A DNA stretch of 33,788 nt from an uncultured Chloroflexia bacterium (GTDB lineage: Bacteria; Chloroflexota; UBA6077; JACCZL01): contig CAVXYC010000008.1 of the NCBI GenBank assembly GCA_963765765.1, positions 1-33,788 of the forward strand, given 5' to 3'. Shown here one piece after another: positions 9,784 through 19,519 of the stretch. The translations under genes and the position numbers were made by a program. The notes under the pieces are model-generated. The model searched no databases, was not told the DNA's origin, and was given only the letters and a program-made list of their open reading frames with translations. Numbering within the stretch: the first letter of the stretch is position 1; each line of letters begins with the position of its first letter.

Positions 9784-10430
9784 CGGTTGACAAGAGCAGG
9801 AAGCTGACTGGAAGCAATGGAGATGGATCTCGCGCGATTTCGCAATCGCTCGTCGAGGTAGGTAGGCTGGATGAGCGTCAGGAAGCACTCCAGCAATTGA
9901 CCCGCATGATGCTTCAGACTCTGGGAGAGGATCCCGAGCGGGATGGACTTCTTGACACGCCTCGACGTGTGCAGGAGAGCCTGCAGTTCCTCACGAATGG
10001 ATACGATGTAGATCCCGCCGATGTGGTAGGAGAGGCGCTCTTCAACGACAGTTACGATGAGATGGTGCTCGTTCGCGATATCGAGCTTTACAGCTTGTGC
10101 GAGCATCACATGCTGCCATTCTTCGGCAAGGCGCACATCGCCTACCTGCCCCGCGGAAGAGTCGTTGGACTGAGCAAGCTCGCTAGACTAGTGGACGTGT
10201 TTGCGCGCCGCCTGCAAGTCCAGGAGCGTCTCACGCGCCAAATTGCAGAGTCCATACAGGCTCTCCTTGACCCCGCTGGCGTGGGCGTGGTGATTCAGGC
10301 GAGCCATCTGTGCATGATGATGCGCGGAGTTCAGAAGCAAAACAGCAGCACGGTCACAAGCTGCCTACTGGGTGATTTTCGCGACGATCAACGCACCCGT
10401 ACGGAGTTCCTGGAGCTCGTCCGCAGCTAG
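9780..10430 (+). CDS. folE: GTP cyclohydrolase I
   Basis: [42 protein letters not shown] and HLCMMMRG motifs. ATGA overlap with the PTPS gene. Confidence 0.97.
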   Translation: MTVDKSRKLTGSNGDGSRAISQSLVEVGRLDERQEALQQLTRMMLQTLGEDPERDGLLDTPRRVQESLQFLTNGYDVDPADVVGEALFNDSYDEMVLVRDIELYSLCEHHMLPFFGKAHIAYLPRGRVVGLSKLARLVDVFARRLQVQERLTRQIAESIQALLDPAGVGVVIQASHLCMMMRGVQKQNSSTVTSCLLGDFRDDQRTRTEFLELVRS

Positions 10431-10443
10431 GGCTCCTGCGGGC

Positions 10444-11157
10444 TCAGGCGTTCGAGAGAATCTCGATGTTGGCGCCGGTCATTGGCCGAGATGCGTCGCT
10501 GGCTACAAAGACGATCGTTCGAGCGATGTCTTCAGGCGCCGCCAGCGCTCGCAGGCCGTGCCCGGCTTCGCGCAGCATCGCGGTCTCGACAGCGCCGGGG
10601 CTGACGGCATTCACGCGGATGTTGAATGGCTTGCCCTCCACGGCCAGAATGTCCGAGAGCGCGATGATGCCAGCCTTGGAGACGTTGTAAGCCGCAAGTC
10701 CCGGGAATTTCTCTGGCCCTCTGACCCCGCTAAGCGAGCCCAGATTGACGATGCTTCCGCCAGGAGGATCTTGTTGGCTCATCTGGTGGAAAGTCGCTCT
10801 CGAACAGAGATAGGCGCCACGGAGATTGACTGCCATAACGCGGTCCCACAGATCGGGCTCGAGATCCTGAATGGTTGCTCGGCCGAGCATCGCGGCGTTG
10901 TTGATCAGTATGTCTATCCGACCATGTTCGGCGACAGTCGAGCCGACCAGGCGTTGGACGAAGTCCGGGTCACTCACGTCTCCAACAATGCCCGTGAGTG
11001 AGGGGTGCTCGGCGGTGGCGAAACCTACTTCGGATTCGGTTCGCGCGCAGATGGACACGTATGCCCCAGCTTCCGCAAGCTGAATGGCTGTTGCCCGTCC
11101 AATTCCACGTCCGCCTCCGGTAACCATGGCTACTTTTCCGATGAGATCAGCCGTCAT
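10444..11157 (-). CDS. SDR family oxidoreductase (candidate sepiapterin/pterin reductase)
   Basis: TGGGRGIG, NNAA, NLGS and YNVSK motifs. CARTE after beta-2 suggests NADP(H). Specific function is inferred from context only. Confidence 0.88.
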   Translation of the reverse strand: MTADLIGKVAMVTGGGRGIGRATAIQLAEAGAYVSICARTESEVGFATAEHPSLTGIVGDVSDPDFVQRLVGSTVAEHGRIDILINNAAMLGRATIQDLEPDLWDRVMAVNLRGAYLCSRATFHQMSQQDPPGGSIVNLGSLSGVRGPEKFPGLAAYNVSKAGIIALSDILAVEGKPFNIRVNAVSPGAVETAMLREAGHGLRALAAPEDIARTIVFVASDASRPMTGANIEILSNA

Positions 11158-12269
11158 CTCTCCCTCTCTCTGATGGCATCGTAGAGGGAGCAGTAGCTGT
11201 CCACCATACGCCGCATACTGAAGTGCTCCTCGATTCGTTGTCGGCTGTTGCGTCGCTGGATGCGATCGAGCATCCGCACACGCAGCTGAAACTCGGCTCG
11301 ATCATCCGGCGTTACCAGCCAACCGGTTTCACCGTCTTGCACGACTTCGACCAGACCGCCTCGACGATAGGCAACAACTGGCGTACCGGTTGCCTGCGCC
11401 TCAATACCCACCAGCCCGAACGGCTCGTCCCAGGTGGACGGCATCAACACTCCACGGGCGTGTGACATCAGCTCCAGTAAGTCAGAGCGCGATTGCGGGC
11501 CAATGTAGCTTGCTCCAGTGTGCCTTCCGATGACTCTACTAATCTCCTTGTCAATCCTCACGCGCGGGGCGATGGCACGATCGAAATACTCGCGGTCATA
11601 TATCTCGCCGGCCAGGATGAGCGGCTGGTCCAGGGCCTCGGCGACATCGATGGCCTGATCCGGCCCTTTTTCTGGCGTGATGCGACCGGCAAACAACAGA
11701 TACCGACCCGGCGCTTCTTGAAATGGCACCCTTTCCAGATCCAGCCCAGGATAGATGGATTGACGAACCTGGATTCCCCTCTCACGCCACTGCTTTGCGC
11801 TGGCCTGCGAAACGGCCACATACGTAGCCGACGCCTGGACCGCGTGAGCCGCCTCGGTCACATCATCGTCAAGTGGAGGTAGGTGCAGTGTGTGGACTAC
11901 CGGTATTGGTAGATTGCTGAGCTGCAAGAAGCTTGGAGCATCGAACGCATGTCCGTGTGCAACGTCGATGCGGGAGGCGTTCGCCTCGAGCCAGATCCGA
12001 ATTCTGTGGAAAGCAGCAACTTGCTCCACCGTGTCGGTGCGCGGCTTAGGATGGCTGAAGTCAGCGGGCTTGAGCAGATCGGCGTCGATACCGAGTTCAG
12101 GAATCTCCGCCCCCCGCACCAAAGATCCATCGGCAGCAAGGACGGTTACCTGATGTCCGGCGGACAGGAGTCCGTGTGCCAGGTCAGCGACCACTGCCTG
12201 CGCACCGCCGAGAGGCGTGCGTTCATCGTGGATCACTGAAACAAGAGGGGCGACGAGAGCGAGGTGCAT
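11154..12269 (-). CDS. GT4 family glycosyltransferase (candidate pteridine glycosyltransferase)
   Basis: GG...LAHGLLSAGHQVTV, VHTLH, GRITPEKG and EPFGLVGIEAQATGTPVV (Ex7E) motifs. ATGA overlap with the SDR gene. Confidence 0.9.
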   Translation of the reverse strand: MHLALVAPLVSVIHDERTPLGGAQAVVADLAHGLLSAGHQVTVLAADGSLVRGAEIPELGIDADLLKPADFSHPKPRTDTVEQVAAFHRIRIWLEANASRIDVAHGHAFDAPSFLQLSNLPIPVVHTLHLPPLDDDVTEAAHAVQASATYVAVSQASAKQWRERGIQVRQSIYPGLDLERVPFQEAPGRYLLFAGRITPEKGPDQAIDVAEALDQPLILAGEIYDREYFDRAIAPRVRIDKEISRVIGRHTGASYIGPQSRSDLLELMSHARGVLMPSTWDEPFGLVGIEAQATGTPVVAYRRGGLVEVVQDGETGWLVTPDDRAEFQLRVRMLDRIQRRNSRQRIEEHFSMRRMVDSYCSLYDAIRERER

Positions 12270-12345
12270 GGGCCCGAGTCAGCGATTATCGCAGACTTCT
12301 GCTAGGCTTCGTTTCAGGAGCTACGTATCCAACGAAGGAGCCAAT

Positions 12346-12690
12346 ATGAGTGTCGATCTTGCCAGCAAAGTCTGCATTCCGTGCATGGGTGGCGTACCGC
12401 CGATGACCCGCGAGGAGATCGCTCCGCTTCTAGCTCAGGTGCCTGGCTGGGAAGTTCTGGACGATACGAAGCTCTATCGGTCCTTCACTTTCCCCGATTG
12501 GGTAGCTGCGCAAGCGTTCGTCGTTTCTGCCGGCGAGATCGCCGAGGAAGCCGGGCATCACCCAGACCTACTGCTACGTTGGGGCGAGGTTCGCGCGGAG
12601 ATTTATACCCACAAGATCAAGGGACTTGCCGAAGCGGATTTCATCCTAGCAGCCAAGTTAAGTCGGCTGTACGAGCAGCAGTCAAGTTAG
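12346..12690 (+). CDS. phhB: Pterin-4-alpha-carbinolamine dehydratase
   Basis: AEEAGHHPD, YTHKIKGLAEADFILAAK and N-terminal CIPC motifs. GAAGGAG RBS before ATG 12346. Confidence 0.93.
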   Translation: MSVDLASKVCIPCMGGVPPMTREEIAPLLAQVPGWEVLDDTKLYRSFTFPDWVAAQAFVVSAGEIAEEAGHHPDLLLRWGEVRAEIYTHKIKGLAEADFILAAKLSRLYEQQSS

Positions 12691-12810
12691 CGCTCAACAC
12701 AGGTAGTCAGCGCTCTAGCGCTTTTTAGTGGCATTTCGTTAATGATCTCGGTAGCAGCCTCAGCCAAATCATTGCCTGGCGCTCGTCGAAAGGGCCTAAA
12801 TCTCAGAGAA

Positions 12811-12849
12811 CAAACAGAGCCTCGGCCACACTGGCCAAGGCTCTGTTTG
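12811..12849 (-). terminator. Hairpin downstream of hsp20
   Basis: CAAACAGAGCCT...AGGCTCTGTTTG stem with inner GGCCA/TGGCC. Confidence 0.6.
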
Positions 12850-12874
12850 CTTAATTTCCGGATCGCTTTGGAGA

Positions 12875-13318
12875 CTAGCTCTCTGAGGTGATCTTGATCG
12901 CTCGCGGCTGGGAGTGCGCGGCCTTGGGCACATGTACCTTGAGCACACCGTCTCGATACGTCGCCTCGGCCTTCTCCGTATCGATTGCGGCGCCGAGCCG
13001 GAACGTTCGCCCCAACTTGGAGCTCTGCCACTCCTGGTGAACACTTCGGCTGCCTTCGGGGGCCGCTGAGCTCATTTCGCCCGAGACGGAGAGTACTCCA
13101 TTCTCGGCCGTGATCTGAATGCTCTCGGTGTCAAGGCCAGGGACGAGCAGCCACACGTGGTAACCGTCCGCATCCTCCCAGACGTTCGCCTGTCCCATCG
13201 GGCGATTGTATGTGCCTGTGGGGCTGTAAGTTGATGGGGTAAAGCTCTGTGCGAAGAGTCGATCCATCGCGTCGCGGAGCGACACCATCGGTCGATCCAT
13301 TGTCATGCTCTGTGGCAT
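12875..13318 (-). CDS. Hsp20/alpha-crystallin family small heat shock protein
   Basis: SLRDAMDRLF N-terminus, VPGL...GVLSVSGE, AEATYRDGVLKVHVPK and C-terminal I-x-I (RAIKI). Confidence 0.93.
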   Translation of the reverse strand: MPQSMTMDRPMVSLRDAMDRLFAQSFTPSTYSPTGTYNRPMGQANVWEDADGYHVWLLVPGLDTESIQITAENGVLSVSGEMSSAAPEGSRSVHQEWQSSKLGRTFRLGAAIDTEKAEATYRDGVLKVHVPKAAHSQPRAIKITSES

Positions 13319-13386
13319 TGTCACTATTCCTTCCGCCCTTACGGCTTGCGGGATCACTTCCCGCACTTCGTACCTTCATTCTCGAT

Positions 13387-13423
13387 TTCTAACGTTAGAA
13401 GGACATCAGAAAAACGTTAGGAC
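13387..13423. promoter_or_regulatory. Candidate regulator binding site: three 11-bp direct repeats plus a 14-bp palindrome
   Basis: AACGTTAGAAG / GACATCAGAAA / AACGTTAGGAC (13391-13423), and TTCTAACGTTAGAA (13387-13400). Confidence 0.5.
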
Positions 13424-13532
13424 TCGATCTGACGGACGTAGAGACTTTGTTAACGACGGTTGTTGCTCTGGAATGTCTCTTGCAACTGAGGCGTTAAGAG
13501 ATTGCCTACCCGCGACGGCCGGGAGTTAACCT

Positions 13533-14442
13533 ATGAGTTCCAAATCAGAACAGTCCGTTTACGTGGGTACCGCTGGTTGGTCTTATCCGCGCGGCGCGGG
13601 AGCCTGGGACGGCGTCTTCTATCCGCGCGGAATTGCGGATCGGGAGAAGCTCTCCTTCTATGCCCAGTACCTGGATGCAGTTGAGGTGAATTCGACGTTT
13701 TATCGACCTGTTGGCCCAGACACCACGCGAGCGTGGAGCGAACGGACCCCAGGAACTTTCCGGTTCAACGTAAAGCTCAATCAAAAGTTCACGCATCCGA
13801 AGATGTTCGAGGCCGCCACTGGCGAGGCGAAAGCCACAGACGAGACCGATGTGGCCGCTTTCAAGCGTGAGTCTCGAGCCGATCGCCTCAGCGGAAAAGC
13901 TCGGAGCGCTACTCGCGCAGTTCCCGGCCAGTTTTAAGTGCGAGCCGGCCAATCTGGAATATCTCGAGTCACTTATCCAGGAGTTTCGGGAATATCCGAT
14001 GAGCGTCGAGCTTCGTCACAGAGGCTGGACCGAGAGCCCGGAGACCGCCGAGCTTTTCAGAGAGTACGACGTCTCGTGGACGATGATCGATGAGCCGAAG
14101 TTCAAAACGTCGATCCGCCATGTGCCTCTGACCAGTCGACTCGGCTACTTCCGATTCCATGGTCGCAATTTCAAAGACTGGTGGCATGGAGATCGTGAGT
14201 CTCGCTACGACTATCTCTATTCGCCCTCAGAACAGGCACATCTTCAAGAAGATGTGCGGCAAGTCGCTGAGAAAGCTGACCTTACATTCGTAGTCTACAA
14301 CAATCACTTCGGTGGCAAAGCTATCGTGAACGCGATTGAGACCAAGCAGGCTTTGGGAGGCAGGATTCAGGCAGAGCTTCCGACTCCTCTCCTAGAGTTG
14401 AAGGAGCGATCCGTGGAGAAAGCCGAGAGCCGGGCACGCTGA
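13533..14442 (+). CDS. DUF72 (UPF0759/YecE) family protein, frameshift near 13870
   Basis: YVGTAGWSY, VEVNSTFY, LAQFPASF, VELRH, YFRFHGRN, RYDYLYS and YNNH motifs spread across two frames. Confidence 0.9.
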
Positions 14443-14501
14443 GGTAACAGGCTGAGCAGTCGGGGCGCACGTCTGAGCACGAGCTCTCCGTAAGCTGGGG
14501 T

Positions 14502-16868
14502 TCAATCAGTTTCTCGACCCAGCGCGTCGATCTCTGCTCGCAATTCGGTCCACTTCCAGCTAGGGCTCAACCGGGCGGCGGTTCTGAACTCCTGACGGGC
14601 ATTTCCGCGGTCACCCAGCTCCCGATAGGCACGGCCTAGATCGCGATGAAATCGCCAGTCGCCCATCTGGTATCTGGCGGCGCGCATGGCGGGATCCAGC
14701 GCCTCTCCCCAGGAGCCGCGCTCAATTTGGATCTGGGCCGTGCCCCACCACGCGTCGGCCGTGCGATCGTCAAGCCGAATGGCCTCGTCATAGTGCCGCT
14801 GAGCTTCTGCAGTGTTGCCGAGAGCTCGATACACATGTCCAACCTCGGCTATGCGCTGAGCCTGACCAGGGTCCAGCGCGTCGGCCTGCGCATAAAGGCT
14901 CAGGGCCGTCTCGGCATCGCCGTTGAGTAGGGCAATCCGGGCAGCAGCATCCTTCAACGCCGGTCGCGTGGGGGCAAGGGTGGACGCTTGCACGGCGAGC
15001 TCCAACGCATGGTCACGGGCGCCAGGGGCCGCGTTTCCGCGAGCGTCCATGAGCTCGTCCAACGCTCTAGCATGAAGGGCGAAGACGAATGGATTCACTG
15101 GAGCGGGCTCCAGCTCGCCGCTCGAGCTCTCGTCAGTGAGTCGCTCCAGCGTTGCGACGGCCTCCTCGAGGAGCTGCTCCACACCGGGTTCGCTGTCGAG
15201 AACTTCAGGCCGCGAGCTTTGATCTCGCGGCGCCGATTCTGCGCGTTGAAGGAGCAGCTCACCGAGCTCCGCGGCATAGTGCATTTGAGCTGGATACAGG
15301 AACGTTGCCTCTCGCTCCCGATTGATCGCCTCTCGCAGCTCCTCATTCGCGGCGTAAGCAATCGCTCGCTGGTGGGCGTGATCGGCTTGGAGGTGAAGCG
15401 CGAGTGATGGTAGGGCTAACAGCAATATACCGGTCAGGACACCCGCGAATATCGCTAGGGCGGAGTTCCATGACGGCGCCGTGTTTTCTCTCCTGGTGGA
15501 TCCGGGGACGATACACCCATCACCGCTCCAAGGAGTATTGATATTAGCGTGAGCGACGTGACTGATGGGAAGCTGACGCTCGATTCAGCCAGAAAGGCGA
15601 TGATCGCACCAGCCGCACCGGCCATGAGCATCGTGGCCCCGGGGCCCAAACTCGCTGGACTCTTGATCGCCTGGCGAATCCCTAGGATGAGCATCGCGGT
15701 CACCGCGAAAAACCCCGCTAATCCCGTTGTAAGTGTCGTATCCGCGATCGACAGATGAACCCGATCGAATCGCGTCGTCTCCAGACGAGCCTGAAGGGAT
15801 GGCTCCAGCCACGGCTCCAGTAGACTGGCTTGTTGGTCAGGTCCCACCCCCAGGGTCAGATCCAAGGGGTGCGATTGCGCAGCATCGGACAAGCGCACGC
15901 TGCGCGGTGCGCCACAGATCCAGTCGTTCTGTCAGGGACGTGTCCGAGTGCGGTAGCGTGACTTGATCTATCTCTGAGCTGGCGCCTCGGAGCACACTGA
16001 GCACCAGTACGCCGATACCCACGATGAGGATCGCGGCCATCGCGCTGGCTGCTTCGCGCTTCCCCAGCCGACGGCCCCTGCGTGCCTCAATGATCAGATA
16101 CGTGACCAGCAGGCCCAGCACGCAGCCAACAAGCGCCGCTCGCACCGACGTGAGCAGTAGGACACTTAGCTCGAGCACCAGCATGGCTGCTGCCATGACG
16201 GCCAGAAATCGGCCCTGAAGTCGCGCGTGGCCTTCCTGTTCCAGCGACTGTGCCAGAATCATCGCCATCGTGAGGGCAGCTACGATGGCGATGTAGCCAC
16301 CGAGTGCCGTTGATGCGCCGAGCGTGCTGGTCACGCCGAGGGGCCGGCCGATCCAGCCAATCCAATCGAGGCCTGCGCGTTGGATGAGCCCGTAAAACAG
16401 CACTGGCAAACATCCGAAAACCATCGCCCAGACCAGACGCTGGAGCTGACTCGATGACCGCAGATACATCCAGGGACCGGCAGCCACACCCACAAGTGCG
16501 ATGACGAGTACAAGGCCCGACTGCCGCTCATATGAGCCCCATACCCCTTCGGCTAAATTCGCTGAGCGAAATGCGGCGACGGCGACGATCAGAACCCATG
16601 CGAGTGCCAGCGCGGCAATTCCTCCGCGAACGACCCAACCCCTCAGGAACGCCAGGCCCACCGTCACCAGCGCCAGTGAGATGACCCCGAAAAATGACAG
16701 AAGCAGTAGCTTTGGGAGCTCGAACGCCTGATTGGCGCGCACATCGAACGTGCTAGGGATCAAGACCACCGGCGCAAGCCAGGTGAGCTCAGCAAGACGT
16801 CCCTGCCAGGGAGGAGCTAGAGCTGAATTCGAGGATGAGCTCAAAGCGATCGGTGGCTCACTCACCAC
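14502..16868 (-). CDS. O-antigen ligase (Wzy_C)-like polytopic membrane protein with C-terminal TPR repeats, frameshifts near 15890 and 15480
   Basis: FELPKL, WGSYERQSG, STLG, LTSVRAA, ERLDLW, LGVGPD and FDRVH motifs, followed by TPR-like helices (AQRHYDEAIRLD; FHRDLGRAYRELGD). Three ORFs join into one protein. Confidence 0.75.
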
Positions 16869-17071
16869 AGCCGGGAATCGGCCGTACCGTTGGCCCTACG
16901 ACATCGAACCCCACCGGGCCGGTGCGCGTGTAGGCCGTGTCATCACAGACCCAGACCGCGGCTTCTCTCCCCAAATTCGGCCACTCACAAAAACCACCCC
17001 AAGGACCAGCAGCGCGATCATCCCTCCGATGACGAGATGCACAAGAAGCTTCTGACCTACAAGGAATCCAT
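16858..17071 (-). CDS. Possible small single-TM protein (needs indel correction)
   Basis: Hydrophobic stretch LLVHLVIGGMIALLVLGVVFVSG in one frame. A Cys-pair tail (WVCDDTAY...PIPGCGE*) in the next frame has its stop overlapping the ligase start. Confidence 0.3.
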
Positions 17072-17212
17072 GGGCGTGCTACCACGGTTCAGATGAAGGT
17101 ATCTGCGTTGACGTTGCGGGCCCCTTCACTTGCAAGATGTGGTGATTCTGCAGGCGGCATATCGCCGGGCACGACCCACGAGATGTCAAAATGCCGGTCT
17201 GATCGGTAAAAC

Positions 17213-17246
17213 GAGATCGGAACCTGGAAAGCTCCAAGTTCCGATC
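17213..17246 (-). terminator. Hairpin downstream of the aldolase gene
   Basis: AGATCGGAAC-CTGGA...TCCA-AGTTCCGATCT inverted repeat. Confidence 0.5.
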
Positions 17247-17277
17247 TGTGCAACAGTGAATTGCAGTGGCTGCCCGA

Positions 17278-18048
17278 TTAGAGGTCCTTAGTAACCAGCT
17301 TGGTGTAGTACTGCCACACGCCGCCCACGCGAGGCGGGCTGTTGGGGTCAAGGAGCTCGGCAAATTGTGGTAGCTCATGGAGCTTAGCCCGCTCAGTCAT
17401 CTCGGCGATGCGATCGTCCTCAATGTAGGGATGGTCTGCGCCCATCGCGGCAAAGGCGTAGTAATTGAACCGCGCCTGCTCTTCGATCTGCAGCATCATC
17501 ATGACTGAGTCCTCCGGCGACTTGCCGGTGGTAGCGGCGCCATGACCGCGGAATAGCATGGCCGGTGACTTGCCCAGTAGGGTGGCTATCTCCATGCCCT
17601 CGGCATCGCTCTGGATCGTTTTCACGTGATCGTAGACCGGCAGCTCGTTCTTCACGAACTGAATGCCCTCCTGGCACATCGGGCGCAGCCGCTGGCGCAG
17701 GGTGGTCATGAGCACGACAAAGCGCGGATGTACGTGCGTCACTGAGAGCACATCCGGCCGAAGCTTATAGATGCACGAGTGCATCTTCACTTCGAAGCAC
17801 TGTGTGGTGCCGGGGGGGCCATCGACCTTGAAGCCCTCGCGGTCGCAGACGATCATGTCCTCCGGGCGCATCTCCGAGAGCGCGTCCAGCGCGTAGCCGC
17901 GTCCTTTGACCACGAATTTGTCCGGGTCTGAGGGGACCCGCATGCTGGTGTGACCGAGCGAGGCGAGTACGCCACTCGCGAGGCCCATCGCAGCCAGAAT
18001 TCTGTTAGCTACTGCTACCTCGTACTTGATATCATCGATTTCTGCCAT
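17278..18048 (-). CDS. Class II aldolase/adducin family protein (possible decarboxylase)
   Basis: GHTSMR, EVKMH, THVHP and RGHG metal-binding motifs. Confidence 0.9.
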   Translation of the reverse strand: MAEIDDIKYEVAVANRILAAMGLASGVLASLGHTSMRVPSDPDKFVVKGRGYALDALSEMRPEDMIVCDREGFKVDGPPGTTQCFEVKMHSCIYKLRPDVLSVTHVHPRFVVLMTTLRQRLRPMCQEGIQFVKNELPVYDHVKTIQSDAEGMEIATLLGKSPAMLFRGHGAATTGKSPEDSVMMMLQIEEQARFNYYAFAAMGADHPYIEDDRIAEMTERAKLHELPQFAELLDPNSPPRVGGVWQYYTKLVTKDL

Positions 18049-18153
18049 TCCCCGTTAATCCTCCCCTTTGAAGTTACCCGCAGAGACGGCGGCATTATAC
18101 GGCAGAAGCGTGGCGTGGGCGGCGTTGCTCGGCATCTGAGAAGGACGGACTTC

Positions 18154-19347
18154 ATGCTTCGTATCGACGATTTGCACGTCTACTATCAGGGAGATCGTGG
18201 TCTGGTGCATGCGGTTCGGGGCGTCAGCTTCGAGGTTGCGCAGGGCGACTTCTTCACGTTACTTGGTCCGTCAGGATGCGGCAAGACGACCACGCTTCGG
18301 AGCGTAGCCGGGCTCGAGACACCGACTTCAGGTCGCATCACTATTGGCGACACGGTTGTGTTCGATAGCGACGGTGGCATCGACGTAAAGACGCCCAAGC
18401 GAGAGATCGCCATGGTGTTCCAGAGCTACGCAATCTGGCCGCACATGTCTGTGTTTGAAAACGTGGCATTCAGCCTTCGCCACGGTCGAAAAAAAACACC
18501 CAGCTCTGAGATCAAGCCCAAGGTTATGAATGCGCTCAGCCTTGTGCAGCTGCAGGACTACGCTGATCGGCCGGCCCCACAGCTCAGCGGCGGCCAGCAG
18601 CAGCGTGTTGCTCTTGCTCGCGCGGTTGCCTGCGAGCCGCAGCTCCTACTCCTGGATGAGCCGCTCAGTAACCTGGATGCTCGCCTTCGCGAGGAGATGC
18701 GGAACGAGCTTCGGGACTCGTCACGCGGCTCAATATGACCGCGCTTTACGTAACACACGATCAGGTCGAAGCGCTCTCGATGTCTGATCGGCTGATCGTC
18801 ATGTCGGATGGAGCGATTATCCAGGAGGGTACGCCAGCCGACGTGTATCTGAATCCGAACAGTGAGTTCTCTGCGAACTTCCTGGGACGAGCAAACGTTG
18901 TTCGCGGAACAGTGAAAGAGCTGAGCTCAGATCGACAGGGCACCGTAGTGACCGCTGGGGGAACGCTCAACTGTATGATCCCATCAGTGGGCGGCTGATA
19001 ACCTGGACGTGTTGATCGCATTCCGCCCAGAGGCCGTGACCATCGCTCGCCAGCAGATGGAAGGCATTAACGCGCTTCGAGGCGATGTGGTGAGCGTCAC
19101 GTTCGTCGGCGATGCCGTGGAGTACGTCATTAACGTGGGCGGCATGGAGGTTCGCGTCAAAGGCGAGCCATTTGACGCCGCCACGGTTGGTGAGACTATT
19201 TGGCTCCGGGTGCCACCAACCCGATGCCTTGTGATCGCCGACGGCGCGAACGTTCCCGGTCGCCGCCTAAAGTCCGTTGGTAGTGCGGAGCCATATTCCG
19301 CACTACCAGTTCTCCCTAAGCGACAGTTGACCGAATTTGCTCAATAA
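18154..19347 (+). CDS. ABC transporter ATP-binding protein, frameshifts near 18720 and 18990
   Basis: [27 protein letters not shown], then YVTHDQ and a TOBE-like tail in subsequent frames. Confidence 0.88.
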
Positions 19348-19468
19348 ACTTGAGCATGCCATCGACAGATTCATCGATGATTGAGCCGCCGGTCGGACTG
19401 AGGATGATTTCTGTTGCTTGACGCTGAATTGCGTGCGAGGCGGAAACAAAAACCCAGTGAGCAAAAGA

Positions 19469-19498
19469 AAAGCGGCGGGGCATCTGCCCCGCCGCTTT
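19469..19498. terminator. Intrinsic terminator between convergent genes
   Basis: AAAGCGGCGGGGCA-TC-TGCCCCGCCGCTTT with a T-rich tail on the minus strand. Confidence 0.8.
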
Positions 19499-19519
19499 GT
19501 ATCGCTCGACGAACCGGAA

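Noticed and set aside
9364-10430. Queuosine, 7-deazaguanine DNA modification or folate operon
   Set aside because: The PTPS motif is C-x5-HGH, and no queC/queE/tgt/dpd or folB/folK/folP genes are present.
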